47,495 nucleotides of DNA from Vulcanimicrobiota bacterium (GCA_003135555.1 PLCF01000040.1:16101-63595), one strand, 5' to 3'; shown: positions 18,482-28,210, counted from the stretch's first letter. The notes: generated from the sequence alone by a model not told the origin. Numbers and translations are program-made.

Positions 18482-19345
18482 GTGACGTTCGCGCAGGCGA
18501 TGATACTCGCGGTGCTGCAAGGCGTCAGCGAGCTGTTCCCGGTCAGCAGCCTCGGGCACACGGTACTCGTCCCCGCGCTGCTGCGGTGGGGCGTCGACGA
18601 AGGCTCCGACTCGTTCCTGGCGTTCGTCGTCGTGCTGCACCTCGGAACGGCGCTGGCGCTGATCGCGTTCTATCGGTCCGATTGGGTCCGAATCGTGCGC
18701 GCGTTCGTCGCCAGCATCGTGCGGGGCCGTTTCAGCGACGACGTCGACGAGCGCACCGCGTGGCTGCTCGTCGCCGCCACGATACCGGTCGGCATCCTGG
18801 GCGTGCTGCTCGAGTCGAGCGTCAAGAAGCTCTTCGCTTCGCCGATCCCGGTGTCGGCGTTCCTGCTCGTCAACGGCTTCATCATGCTGCTGGGCGAGCG
18901 GCTGCGGCGCCGCCAGCACCCTGCTACCGGCTCCGGCAAACAGTATCGGCGGCTCGAAGAGCTCACGCCGCAAGATGGCGTGATGGTGGGTTTCGCGCAA
19001 TCGCTCGCCCTGCTGCCGGGGATCTCGCGCTCCGGCTCCGCAATCGTGGCGGGGCTCCTGCGCGACCTGCACCACGAGGACGCAGCGCGCTATTCGTTCC
19101 TGTTGGCAACGCCTGTCATCCTCGCCGCGAGCGTGCTCGAATTCCCCAAGCTCTTCGTCCCCGGCGCGCACGTCGTGCTCCAGCAAGCCGTCATCGGCGG
19201 CATACTAGCCGGCGTCACCGCCTACGCATCGGTCGCATTCTTGACCCGCTATTTCCGCCACAACGACCTCTCGCCGTTCGCCTGGTACTGCATCGCCGCC
19301 GGAGCGCTTTCGCTCACCCTCTTCGCCACGAAAGTAATCGCATGA
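18482..19345 (+). CDS. uppP: Undecaprenyl-diphosphate phosphatase (BacA)
   Basis: Motifs LQGVSELFPVSSLGH, HLGT and AQSLALLPGISRSG. Confidence 0.95.
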   Translation: MTFAQAMILAVLQGVSELFPVSSLGHTVLVPALLRWGVDEGSDSFLAFVVVLHLGTALALIAFYRSDWVRIVRAFVASIVRGRFSDDVDERTAWLLVAATIPVGILGVLLESSVKKLFASPIPVSAFLLVNGFIMLLGERLRRRQHPATGSGKQYRRLEELTPQDGVMVGFAQSLALLPGISRSGSAIVAGLLRDLHHEDAARYSFLLATPVILAASVLEFPKLFVPGAHVVLQQAVIGGILAGVTAYASVAFLTRYFRHNDLSPFAWYCIAAGALSLTLFATKVIA

Positions 19346-19515
19346 AAACGCTAGCGCTGGTACTCGCCGCCGTCTTCCTCGTCATCGCCGTCCTCTACTG
19401 GACCGGCCACGCCATCCCCACCGGAGTCCACACCAAACACGGCATCGTAGCAATAGTCCTAGCCCTACTCTGCCTAGTCTGGTACCGCTTCCAATCGGCA
19501 ACCCCAGCCCGCTGA
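19342..19515 (+). CDS. Small two-TM membrane protein (57 aa)
   Basis: ATGA-coupled to uppP. Two hydrophobic helices flank a His-containing loop (GHAIPTGVHTKHG). Confidence 0.65.
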   Translation: MKTLALVLAAVFLVIAVLYWTGHAIPTGVHTKHGIVAIVLALLCLVWYRFQSATPAR

Positions 19516-19538
19516 CCCCCTCCCGCCGAGCGACAGCG

Positions 19539-20453
19539 CTACTTCTTCCCGATCACGTAGATCTCGTCAGGATCCTTCTCGACGACTTCAACACTCGCGC
19601 GATGCTCGCGCATGAGCCGCTCGAACCGCGCAGCATCACGCAGCGTCGTCTGCAAGATCACATACGGGGAAGCCGCCGCGGCCAAGAGGACGTCGCCGAC
19701 CGCCCGGTCGTAGCTCGCATCGTCGTTGGTCGTCGCGCCGAACACCGTATCGCGATACAACCGCTCCACGTTGAGATACGGATCTCCCTGCCACCACGCT
19801 TCCCACATCCAGACGCGCGCGTCGATCCGCTTCGCGCCGCTGCGCCCCGGCGGCGCAAGGTACACGGCGTCCGCACGCACCGCACCCAGCGTGGCCGCGA
19901 AGTCCCCGCGGCGCACGGTATTGCGCTTACCGTTCTCGACCACCCAGCGCTCGATCTCGCGGATGTGATGCCAGGCCAGCTCGCTGGGCGGGATGTCGAC
20001 CATCTCGTCGGGGTTGCGGGCTTTGAGCAGCCAGTGACACAGCACGTGCCAGAGCCCGGCGACGGCGAGTCCGGTCTGCCCGTCACTGCGCAGCGCGTGG
20101 ACGTTGGCGTGCCACACGCCCAGATAGCGACACTGGTCCTCGCTGAAGAAGACGCCTTCCCAGGCGCGAAACTGATCGGTCGGATAGATGCGCCCGGGGA
20201 GCATCTCGACGACCTCGGCGACCTCGCTGTCGCGCAGCAGCGTGAAGTCGTTGACGACCAGGCCTTCGCCGGCGCGCACGAACCACTCCAAAAGATCGCC
20301 CCCGTGCACCGCCAGGCCGTGCCGCTTGAGGACGTTGAGGTGCATCGGTAGGCCCATGAAGGGGTCGACGACGCTGCCGATCCCACGCGCCAGCGCGAGG
20401 TCGAGCAGCCGCGTCCCCGAGACGCGCCGGGTGCGGGCCGGGAGATCGATCAT
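19539..20453 (-). CDS. Adenine DNA methyltransferase-like protein (D12/FokI-type fold) with degenerate catalytic motif
   Basis: Motif I-like VVDPFMG, ENGKRN...D, and DAVYLAPPG in place of DLVYLDPPY. Confidence 0.7.
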   Translation of the reverse strand: MIDLPARTRRVSGTRLLDLALARGIGSVVDPFMGLPMHLNVLKRHGLAVHGGDLLEWFVRAGEGLVVNDFTLLRDSEVAEVVEMLPGRIYPTDQFRAWEGVFFSEDQCRYLGVWHANVHALRSDGQTGLAVAGLWHVLCHWLLKARNPDEMVDIPPSELAWHHIREIERWVVENGKRNTVRRGDFAATLGAVRADAVYLAPPGRSGAKRIDARVWMWEAWWQGDPYLNVERLYRDTVFGATTNDDASYDRAVGDVLLAAAASPYVILQTTLRDAARFERLMREHRASVEVVEKDPDEIYVIGKK

Positions 20454-21529
20454 ATCTCGGTCTCCAACATGCGCAGGTACGTGCTCGTGACACGCGGGTC
20501 GAACTGCGTCCCGGCCGCAGCGCGCAGCCGCCGTGAGGCCTCCAACCGGGGGAGCGCGTCGACCGCCAGGACCAGCGCGAGCAACGCGGCGAGCGGTTCC
20601 ATCGCGCCGTCCTCGTGCCAGGCGGCGGAGGCGGCGAGAAAGGGTGCGTCGGCCGCGTAGCGCTCGACCGATGCCGCGATCCCGGCGGCGCGCTGGGCGG
20701 CCGCGGTGCGGCGCTCGCGCGCGAACCGCGAGAGCGGGTCGAAGTCGTCGTGCGGTACGTCGGCGGCGGCTCGACCAAGGGCGAGCAGCCGGCTCAGGCG
20801 GCCGGCATGGGCGGGATCGAGGTCGAGCCGCCCCGCCAGCGTCCCGGCGAGCTCCGCCAGCCGTTCGCTGCGCCCGGCGGTTCGGGAATCCCGCGCGTCG
20901 ATCCGCGCGGCCAACTCGGCGCAGGCGCGGTCGGCGTCGAGGGCCGACACGGCGACGTCGAGGGGTCCGTCCCAGTCCTCCGGCGCGGTGCTCACGAACT
21001 CGCGGAACGCGCGCACCAGCTCGATGCGAAAGCGGCGGCCGCTCTCGGCGACGATCGCGAAGACTGCCTCGGTGGCCTCGCGCGGCTCGTCCGGATCCTC
21101 CACCGCCTCGAGGAAGGCCTGGGCGATTCCCAGCGCCGCAGCGTCGTTGGGAATGCCGTCCCAGCGCAGGCGGTCGGGGACCCCGGTCCCGTCGTCGTGC
21201 TCGCGATGCCAGCGCACGGTGTCGGCGGCACCGGGCGGCAAGCCGGGCAGCGCGCCGACGATACGTGCAGCGTGCAGCGGTGCGTCGGCCAGCGCCAGGA
21301 CCTGTTGTTGCGCCGTCGCGTCGGGGCCGATGACGACCTCGACGAGCCCGATCTCGGCGAGCGCGCCCGCGACCCAGTTGGCGGCTACATTGCGGTCGTC
21401 GCCCCCGCGGTGACGCGCGAAGCGCGCCGCGAGCGCGGCGCGACGGCGCCCGAAACCGAGCCTCCGCCCCGCGAACGCATCGCCGACCGCGCTGTACAAC
21501 CCCAGCGCACCACCTGCCGCATCATTCAT
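20450..21529 (-). CDS. Degenerate tandem HD-GYP-like domain protein
   Basis: WHREHDDGTGVPDRL..DGIP (variant of HHERxDGxGYP..L), SERLAELA..LA..L and AGTQFDP; no HD dyad. Confidence 0.65.
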   Translation of the reverse strand: MNDAAGGALGLYSAVGDAFAGRRLGFGRRRAALAARFARHRGGDDRNVAANWVAGALAEIGLVEVVIGPDATAQQQVLALADAPLHAARIVGALPGLPPGAADTVRWHREHDDGTGVPDRLRWDGIPNDAAALGIAQAFLEAVEDPDEPREATEAVFAIVAESGRRFRIELVRAFREFVSTAPEDWDGPLDVAVSALDADRACAELAARIDARDSRTAGRSERLAELAGTLAGRLDLDPAHAGRLSRLLALGRAAADVPHDDFDPLSRFARERRTAAAQRAAGIAASVERYAADAPFLAASAAWHEDGAMEPLAALLALVLAVDALPRLEASRRLRAAAGTQFDPRVTSTYLRMLETEI

Positions 21530-21581
21530 GAGCGCCGCGAAACAGGAACCGTCATCCTTGCCGGACGACGTTCACCGCACC

Positions 21582-22604
21582 GTGCCGAAACCCTCACTCA
21601 CGATCGACGGCGAAATGCGCGACGGATTCGTCGGCGCCATCGGCAACACGCCGCTCATCGCGCTGCCCAAGCTCTCCGCAGCGATCGGTCGCACGATACT
21701 GGGCAAGGCGGAGTTCCTCAATCCGGGTGGTTCGGTCAAGGATCGAGCCGCGCGCGGCATCATCGAGGATTTCGAGGCGCGCGGGATGCTCGTCGCGGGT
21801 GGGACGATCGTCGAAGGCACCGCCGGGAACACCGGGATCGGCTTGGCGCTCGTTGGCAACGCGCGCGGTTACCGCACCATCATCGTGATGCCCGACGATC
21901 AAGCTCCCGAGAAGTACGGCCTGTTGCGTGCCTACGGAGCCGACCTGCGGGTGGTCGCGGCCGCGCCCTTTACCAACGACGCAAACTACTATCATGAGGC
22001 GCGCCGGATCGCGCAGGCTACACCCGGCGCGGTGTGGGCGAACCAGTTCGAAAATACCGCCAATCGCGACGCGCACGAGCGCACCACCGGGCCCGAGATC
22101 CTCGCGCAGACGGGCGGCTCGCTGGCGGCGTTCGTCGCCGCCGCCGGAACCGGCGGGACGATCGCGGGCGTCGGCCGTGCACTCAAAGCGCACGACCCCG
22201 GCATTCGCATCGTGCTGGCCGATCCGTACGGCTCGGCGCTCTACAGTTACGTCAAGACGGGGACGCTCGCCGTCGAGGGCGACTCCAACGCCGAAGGGAT
22301 CGGAATCAAACGCATCGTCGCGAACTTCGACGGTGCCCCGGTCGACGACGCGTTGCGCGTCGACGACGCGGCGATGGTGGAGATGGCGCATTGGCTGGTG
22401 CGCGAGGAAGGACTGTTCGTCGGCGGCTCGGCCGCTCTCAACGTCGTCGCGGCCGCGCGCTACGCGCGCACGCTTCCCGCCGGCAGCCGGGTAGTGACGA
22501 TCTTGTGCGACGGCGGCGACCGCTACCGATCGCGCCTCTACGACGCCGAGTGGCTGCGCGCGAACGAGGTGGTGCCGAAAGCCCGGGACCTGTCGTTCTT
22601 ATGA
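21582..22604 (+). CDS. cysK: Cysteine synthase family protein (start GTG 21582 or ATG 21615)
   Basis: Motifs IGNTPL, KAEFLNPGGSVKDR, EGTAGNTGIGLA, GTGGT and EGIG. Confidence 0.9.
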   Translation: MPKPSLTIDGEMRDGFVGAIGNTPLIALPKLSAAIGRTILGKAEFLNPGGSVKDRAARGIIEDFEARGMLVAGGTIVEGTAGNTGIGLALVGNARGYRTIIVMPDDQAPEKYGLLRAYGADLRVVAAAPFTNDANYYHEARRIAQATPGAVWANQFENTANRDAHERTTGPEILAQTGGSLAAFVAAAGTGGTIAGVGRALKAHDPGIRIVLADPYGSALYSYVKTGTLAVEGDSNAEGIGIKRIVANFDGAPVDDALRVDDAAMVEMAHWLVREEGLFVGGSAALNVVAAARYARTLPAGSRVVTILCDGGDRYRSRLYDAEWLRANEVVPKARDLSFL

Positions 22605-22620
22605 CGATGGGCGGAGCGCC

Positions 22621-23103
22621 GTGAAACCAAAGCCCAAGCTCTCGCACGTGCGCGACGACGGTTCGCTCGCGATGGTCGATGTCGGCGCGAAGCCGGCGAC
22701 CGCGCGCACCGCGCGGGCGGAGGCGCGCGTTCGGCTCAGCCCCGCCGCCGCCGCCGCGCTGCGCGCCGCGACGCTGCCTAAGGGAGATGCCTTTGCTGCG
22801 GCTCAGCTCGCCGGAATCATGGCGGCGAAGCGCACCGACGAGTTGATCCCGCTGGCCCACCCGATCGCGCTGGGCGCGGTCGACGTGTCGTTCGCGTGGG
22901 ACGGCGACACCACGCTGTGCATTGCCAGCCGCGCGACGACGTTCGGGCAGACCGGCGTCGAGATGGAGGCGATGGTCGCGGCGAGCGTCGCCGCGCTGAC
23001 GATCTACGACATGTGCAAGGCGGTCGACAAGGGGATCGTGGTCGAGCACGTGCGCCTCGTTGAGAAGACCGGCGGAAAATCCGGCGACTGGCGCCTCGCG
23101 TGA
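22621..23103 (+). CDS. moaC: Cyclic pyranopterin monophosphate synthase
   Basis: Motifs MVDVGAK, KGD...AGIMAAKRT.ELIPLAH, TGVEMEA, TIYDMCKAVD and KTGGKSG. Confidence 0.96.
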   Translation: MKPKPKLSHVRDDGSLAMVDVGAKPATARTARAEARVRLSPAAAAALRAATLPKGDAFAAAQLAGIMAAKRTDELIPLAHPIALGAVDVSFAWDGDTTLCIASRATTFGQTGVEMEAMVAASVAALTIYDMCKAVDKGIVVEHVRLVEKTGGKSGDWRLA

Positions 23104-23609
23104 CGATCTACCCGGTGTCGATCATCATCTTGTCCGACCGCGCCCACTCCGGCGAGCGTCCCGACGCCTGCATCCCCGTGGTCAAGGATGCGCTGCTCGG
23201 CACCGCGCTCGGCGTCGACGACGAGCGCATCCTTCCCGACGATCCCGCCGTGCTGCAAGCCGCGCTCATCGAACTGTGCGAAGGCCCGACGCGGCTCGTC
23301 CTGACCTCGGGCGGCACGGGCCTGGGCGAGCGCGACCGCACGCCGCAAGCGACCGCGGCGGTGCTCGACTACGAGGTTCCGGGGATCGCCGAAGCGATGC
23401 GCGCCGCGGGGTTGCGCGCGACGCGCGCCGCGATGCTCTCGCGCGCGGTCGCCGGCGTGCGCAACCGCTCGCTCATCGTCAACCTGCCGGGCAGTCCGAA
23501 GGCGGTTCGGGAAACCCTCGACGCGGTCGTCGCCGCGTTGCCGCATGCGCTCGACCTGCTGGCGGGGACCGCAACAGATGCACACCCTACCGGGTATCAC
23601 GCCTCGTGA
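23100..23609 (+). CDS. mog: Molybdopterin adenylyltransferase (MogA/MoaB family)
   Basis: Motifs SDRA, TSGGTGLGERDRTP, SRAVAG and NLPGSPKA. Confidence 0.9.
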   Translation: MTIYPVSIIILSDRAHSGERPDACIPVVKDALLGTALGVDDERILPDDPAVLQAALIELCEGPTRLVLTSGGTGLGERDRTPQATAAVLDYEVPGIAEAMRAAGLRATRAAMLSRAVAGVRNRSLIVNLPGSPKAVRETLDAVVAALPHALDLLAGTATDAHPTGYHAS

Positions 23610-24928
23610 CGTTCATGTCCGCGCAGTCCTACTTGCTGGGACTGATCAACGAGAACGCATCGCGGCGGATGCCCAACCGTCTCGATCGCATCGTTGCCTT
23701 CCTCGAAGCGCTGGGCAACCCGCAGGACCGCTATCCGACCTTGCACGTCGCCGGCACGAGCGGTAAGGGCTCCACGGCGACGATGATGGCGGCGGTCTTG
23801 CAGGCAACCGGCCGCCGGACCGGACTCCACACCAAACCGCACCTGACCAGCGTGACCGAGCGGGCGCGCATCGACGGCCTGGCGATCTCCGAAGACGTCT
23901 TTGGCGAGTTGCTCGGAGAGATGCAGTCCGCGGTCGATCGCATCGCCTTCGAGCACGGCCGGCCGACCTACTACGAGACGCTCCTCGCGCTGGCGTTCCT
24001 GTGGTTCGCGCGTTCCGAGGTCGACGTCGCGGTGATCGAAGCCGGCGTCGGTGGGACGCTCGACGGTACGAACGTGCTGCGTCCGCGGGTCGCGGTCATC
24101 ACCAACGTCGCCCTCGACCACACCGACATTTTGGGCGACACGGTCGAGGACATCGCACGCGACAAGGCCGGCATCGCGAAGCCGGGTGTGCCGCTGGTGA
24201 GCTTCGTCCGCGATCCCGGCGCGCGCCGCGTCATCGAAGCTGCCTGCGCCGGCGCGTGCGCACCGTTCGTATCGGTCGCCGACACCGTCACGATCGAAGC
24301 GCGCACCGGCGAACGCTACGGCCAATCTTTTGCCGTCGTCACCCCCGAAGACCGCTACGAGATCGCGCTGCCGGTGCTCGGCGACTTCCAGCAAGAGAAC
24401 GCCGCTACCGCGATCCGCACGCTCGAACAGCTCGAGGCCGACCTGCGCCCGTCCCGTGAGGCGATCGAAACGGGGCTCGCCCGTACCGTGATCCCGGGGC
24501 GGATGGAGTTCTTCCCGTCGCATCCCGGCGTCATCTTCGACATCGCGCACAACCCGGACAAAGCCGCGCACTTGGCGCGCGCGTTGGCGGAGACGTTCCC
24601 CAACCGCCGCTTCACGTTCGTGATGGCGATCGGGACGTCCAAGGACGCCGCACAAGTCATCGCGCCGTTTCTGGCCCTGCGCGGCTCCTTCACGTTCACC
24701 AGCTTCTCGACTGCCGGCCGCGTCGCGTCGCGCCCGCAGCGTTTGGCGTCGATCGCCGACGAGCTCGGCGGCTGGGGACGCGCCGTGACCGATCCGGTCG
24801 AGGCGTTCGCCATCGCCCGGCGTAACGCCGATGCCGACGACATCATCGTGGTCACCGGTTCGACCTTCGTCGTCGCCGAATTGCGCGAATGGTGGATGGC
24901 GAACGTCGTGCCCTCCTCGAATGTCTGA
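23606..24928 (+). CDS. folC: Folylpolyglutamate synthase / dihydrofolate synthase
   Basis: Motifs HVAGTSGKGST, EAGVGGTLDGTNV, LDHTDILG, PGRME, DIAHNP and VTGS. GTGA-coupled start. Confidence 0.95.
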   Translation: MTFMSAQSYLLGLINENASRRMPNRLDRIVAFLEALGNPQDRYPTLHVAGTSGKGSTATMMAAVLQATGRRTGLHTKPHLTSVTERARIDGLAISEDVFGELLGEMQSAVDRIAFEHGRPTYYETLLALAFLWFARSEVDVAVIEAGVGGTLDGTNVLRPRVAVITNVALDHTDILGDTVEDIARDKAGIAKPGVPLVSFVRDPGARRVIEAACAGACAPFVSVADTVTIEARTGERYGQSFAVVTPEDRYEIALPVLGDFQQENAATAIRTLEQLEADLRPSREAIETGLARTVIPGRMEFFPSHPGVIFDIAHNPDKAAHLARALAETFPNRRFTFVMAIGTSKDAAQVIAPFLALRGSFTFTSFSTAGRVASRPQRLASIADELGGWGRAVTDPVEAFAIARRNADADDIIVVTGSTFVVAELREWWMANVVPSSNV

Positions 24929-25805
24929 GAGCGGAGGCGGCACGGCGCTTGCGGGCCCACGCGGTGCGATGCGCATCCGCGGACGGGTGTTCCCCTGGGG
25001 CCGGCGCACCTACCTGATGGGAATCGTTAACGTCTCGCCCGACTCGTTCTCGGGAGATGGTGTCGCCGACACCGGCGCCGCCGTTGCGCGCGCCCTCGAG
25101 CAGCTCGCCGATGGCGCCGACATCGTCGACGTCGGCGCGGAATCGACGCGTCCCGGCTACCATCCGATCGATGCCCGCACCGAGAGCGCTCGGCTGCTGC
25201 CGGCCCTGAGGGCGTTGCGCGCAGCGGCCCCGGACGCGCCGATCTCGGTCGACACCTTCAAACCCGATGTCTTTCGCGCCGCGCGCTCCGCCGGGGCCGA
25301 CTTGCTCAACTCGATCTGGGGTGCGCCCGAAGCGCTCGTCGCGGCGTGCGCCGAGACCATGACCCCGCTCGTGGTCATGCACAACAAAGCGGTCGCGGTG
25401 TACGAGCGCGACGTGATGGACGAAGTGCTCGGCTTTCTGGACGAGGCCGCGGCGCGCTGCGTGCGCGCGGGGATCCCGGCGGACCACGTGCTGCTCGATC
25501 CCGGCATCGGCTTCGGCAAGCTCCCCGAACACAACATCGCCGTGCTGCGCCGGCTCGACCGGCTCGTCGCGCTCGGTTTTCCGACGCTGATCGGCACGTC
25601 GCGCAAGTCCACGATCGGCAAGCTGACCGGCCGCGGCGTCGGCGCGCGCGCGTTCGGCACCGCGGCTACGGTCGCGCTTGCGGTCGCCGCCGGGATAGAC
25701 GTCGTGCGCGTGCACGACGTGGCCGAGCAACGCGACGTGGTGCGCGTCAGCGACGCGATCGTGCGCGGCTGGCGGCCCGACGGCTGGAGCGAGGGCCTCC
25801 CATGA
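24921..25805 (+). CDS. folP: Dihydropteroate synthase
   Basis: Motifs MGIVNVSPDSFSGDG, DVGAESTRPG, DPGIGFGK, GTSRKS and VRVHDV. Confidence 0.96.
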   Translation: MSESGGGTALAGPRGAMRIRGRVFPWGRRTYLMGIVNVSPDSFSGDGVADTGAAVARALEQLADGADIVDVGAESTRPGYHPIDARTESARLLPALRALRAAAPDAPISVDTFKPDVFRAARSAGADLLNSIWGAPEALVAACAETMTPLVVMHNKAVAVYERDVMDEVLGFLDEAAARCVRAGIPADHVLLDPGIGFGKLPEHNIAVLRRLDRLVALGFPTLIGTSRKSTIGKLTGRGVGARAFGTAATVALAVAAGIDVVRVHDVAEQRDVVRVSDAIVRGWRPDGWSEGLP

Positions 25806-26158
25806 GCGCGCTCGACACGATCGAGCTGCGCGGGATCCGAGCGTGGGGACACCACGGGGCCGACCCCGGCGAACAAACCGTCGCGCAACCGCTCGACATC
25901 GATCTCGCTTTCGAGCTCGATCTTGCGGCGGCGCGCGGTAGCGACGACCTCGCCGACACGGTGAACTACGCGCAGGTGCACGCCGACGTCGTGCGCATCG
26001 TCGCGGGGGGGCGCTTCGCGTTGCTCGAACGGCTCGGCGACGCCATCCTCGAGGCGCTCATGGCCGACCCGCGCATCGTGCGCGCGCGCATCGCGATCGC
26101 CAAGCCGGGCCTGCTTGCCGGTGCGACCCCGGCCGTCGCGCTGCAGCGCGAACGCTGA
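25802..26158 (+). CDS. folB: Dihydroneopterin aldolase
   Basis: Motifs GHHG..PGE, SDDLADTVNY, LLE.L and AKP; lies between folP and folK. Confidence 0.93.
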   Translation: MSALDTIELRGIRAWGHHGADPGEQTVAQPLDIDLAFELDLAAARGSDDLADTVNYAQVHADVVRIVAGGRFALLERLGDAILEALMADPRIVRARIAIAKPGLLAGATPAVALQRER

Positions 26159-26163
26159 CCGCG

Positions 26164-26628
26164 ATGCCGGTGGCGGCGATCGGCATCGGCTCCAACGTCG
26201 GCGACGCCGCCGCCAACGTGCGCGGGGCGTTCGAATCGCTGGCCGCGCTCGGCGAAGTCGTGGCGCGGTCGCGGCTGTACCGCAGCGAACCGTGGGGCCT
26301 GACCGACCAGCCCCCGTTCGTCAACGCGGCGGCACTGCTGGAGACGGCGCTCGCGCCGCGCGAGTTGCTCGCCGCGCTCCAGCGCATAGAAACCGAGCGC
26401 GGCCGCGTAGCGACCGTACGCTGGGGGCCGCGCGTCCTCGACCTCGACATTCTGGCCTACTCCGGGGTGAAGCTCGACGGGCCCGATCTCACCATCCCGC
26501 ACGCGCACCTGCACGAGCGGGCCTTCGCGCTGGTGCCGCTGGCCGAGATCGACCCCCGGTTCGCGGCGCTGCGTGACGCCCTTCCGCCCGGAGAGCGAGC
26601 CGGGGTCGTCGAACACAGCGCAAAATGA
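26164..26628 (+). CDS. folK: HPPK (6-hydroxymethyl-7,8-dihydropterin pyrophosphokinase)
   Basis: Motifs IGIGSNVG, FVNAA, RWGPRVLDLDIL and PH..LHERAFALVPL. Confidence 0.95.
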   Translation: MPVAAIGIGSNVGDAAANVRGAFESLAALGEVVARSRLYRSEPWGLTDQPPFVNAAALLETALAPRELLAALQRIETERGRVATVRWGPRVLDLDILAYSGVKLDGPDLTIPHAHLHERAFALVPLAEIDPRFAALRDALPPGERAGVVEHSAK

Positions 26629-27278
26629 TCCGCCGCTTCGCCGCCGCATCGTATGCCGCGGCGCTCGCTACCCTCCCCATAGCGGCGCGCGCCGACTTGT
26701 TCTCGTCGGTCTCGTACGGCGTCCATGCGAGCACGATCGGCCACGGCATCACCCTCGAAAAACCGCTGCTGTACGACTTCAGCCTCCGCATCTCGACCGG
26801 AGCATTGAGCGTCTCGGACGAATCGACGTACGACAACAACCGCTACACCACCACGACCCACTACAACAACGTCGCGGTAATCGCCGACTTCCGGCCTTCG
26901 GCCGGGCGGTACCGCATCAGCGGCGGCCTCGTGTTCGGGAACGACCGCATCGACAACGTGGCGCGCGACGAGGCTGCGCAAGTACGCATCGGCCAAGGCC
27001 TCTATCCGATCGGCGGAACCGGAACGGTGACCGCGCGCGTGCGTTTCGACCGGCCCTCGCTCTACGCCGGCGTCGGCACCGGGACGGGTCTGATCCGCGG
27101 CCTCGCGCTGCAGTTCGATGCCGGCGCGCTGGTGCGCAACGGCACCGCCAGCGCCAGCGCCACCGGGCCGCTCGCCGCAAACCCCGCCTTCCAAACCGAC
27201 CTCGAGCGCTTGCGCAACGAACAACGCACCCACATCGTCGTCCCCGTCATCAGCGTCGGCCTCGTCTACCGCCCGTAG
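26625..27278 (+). CDS. Putative outer-membrane beta-barrel protein
   Basis: Signal peptide (ARA-D), amphipathic beta-strands (ST.G.G, ADFRP...YRISGG, PSLYAGVG) and a terminal strand VISVGLVYRP. Confidence 0.6.
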   Translation: MIRRFAAASYAAALATLPIAARADLFSSVSYGVHASTIGHGITLEKPLLYDFSLRISTGALSVSDESTYDNNRYTTTTHYNNVAVIADFRPSAGRYRISGGLVFGNDRIDNVARDEAAQVRIGQGLYPIGGTGTVTARVRFDRPSLYAGVGTGTGLIRGLALQFDAGALVRNGTASASATGPLAANPAFQTDLERLRNEQRTHIVVPVISVGLVYRP

Positions 27279-28210
27279 GCCCTGCACAGGTCGCGGGCGG
27301 CGAGGTCCCAGGCGGGGAAATCGAAGGTGAAGCCGCTTTCGATCAGGCGGGTGGGAATGACGCGACGGCTTTTCAGAACGAGCTCCGTTTCGGTTCCGAT
27401 GAGCCGCGCGCCGATCTCCAAGAGCGGCGCCGGAGAGGGGAGGCCGATCGGGGTTCCCCACGCGGCGCGCAGCTCGCGCATGAACGCGGCGTTCGGCAGC
27501 GGGTTCGGTGCGGCGATGTTGACGGGGCCGGCGAGCGACTGGTCCGCGATGATGAAGTCGAGCGCGCGCACGAAGTCGGCGCCGTGGACCCACGAAACGT
27601 ACTGCCGGCCGTTCCCCGAACTGCCGCCGAGCCCGAGGCGGACGAGCCGCAGCAGGATCTCGAACGGACCGCCGGCGCCCGGTGCCATGACGATCGCCGC
27701 GCGCAGCTTCACGGTGCGAACGTTCCCAACGGCGGCGGCGTCGAGTGCCGCTTCCCATTGCGTTGCGACGTCGATGCTGAAACGCCACGTCTCGGGAACG
27801 CCGGGCTCGGTGCCACCTAGGATCCCGGTGCGCTCGTCGTTCGCGGCGTCGTACCGGTGCGCGTAGATCGTGGCGGTGCTCATCTGCAGCCAGAGCTTGG
27901 GCGGCGCCGCGGCGTGCGCGAGCGCCGCACCGAGCACGCACGTCGAGTCGACGCGGGAGCGCACGATCGCCGCACGGTTGGCCGGCGTGTAGCGGCAGTT
28001 CACGCTGCGGCCGGCGAAGTTCACGACGGCTCCCGCACCTTCGAGCTCGGCGGCCCACGGGCCGAGCGTCGCGGCGTCCCAGGCGACGACGCGCCAAGGC
28101 GCAGCGTGCGGCGTCCGGCTCAGGACGACGACCTCGTCGCCCGCGGCGTGATGCGAGCTTGCGAACAGCGTTCCGAGGTGGCCGCTTCCGCCGGCGAGGA
28201 CGAGCTTCAC
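27266..28210 (-). CDS. TIGR01777-family NAD-dependent epimerase/oxidoreductase
   Basis: Motifs LAGGSGHLG, VVNFAG, SRVDST, GxGRQYVSWVH, GPVNIAAPNP and S.RVIP.RL..SGF.F. Confidence 0.9.
   Translation of the reverse strand: MKLVLAGGSGHLGTLFASSHHAAGDEVVVLSRTPHAAPWRVVAWDAATLGPWAAELEGAGAVVNFAGRSVNCRYTPANRAAIVRSRVDSTCVLGAALAHAAAPPKLWLQMSTATIYAHRYDAANDERTGILGGTEPGVPETWRFSIDVATQWEAALDAAAVGNVRTVKLRAAIVMAPGAGGPFEILLRLVRLGLGGSSGNGRQYVSWVHGADFVRALDFIIADQSLAGPVNIAAPNPLPNAAFMRELRAAWGTPIGLPSPAPLLEIGARLIGTETELVLKSRRVIPTRLIESGFTFDFPAWDLAARDLCRAYGR

Noticed and set aside
19539..20453. Restriction-modification system
   Set aside because: The catalytic DPPY is absent and no endonuclease or specificity gene is adjacent.
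21520..21620. Head-to-head overlapping starts of cysK (21528) and the HD-like gene (21529)
   Set aside because: More likely an ORF-calling artefact, since CysK similarity begins near 21615 and a divergent promoter needs room.
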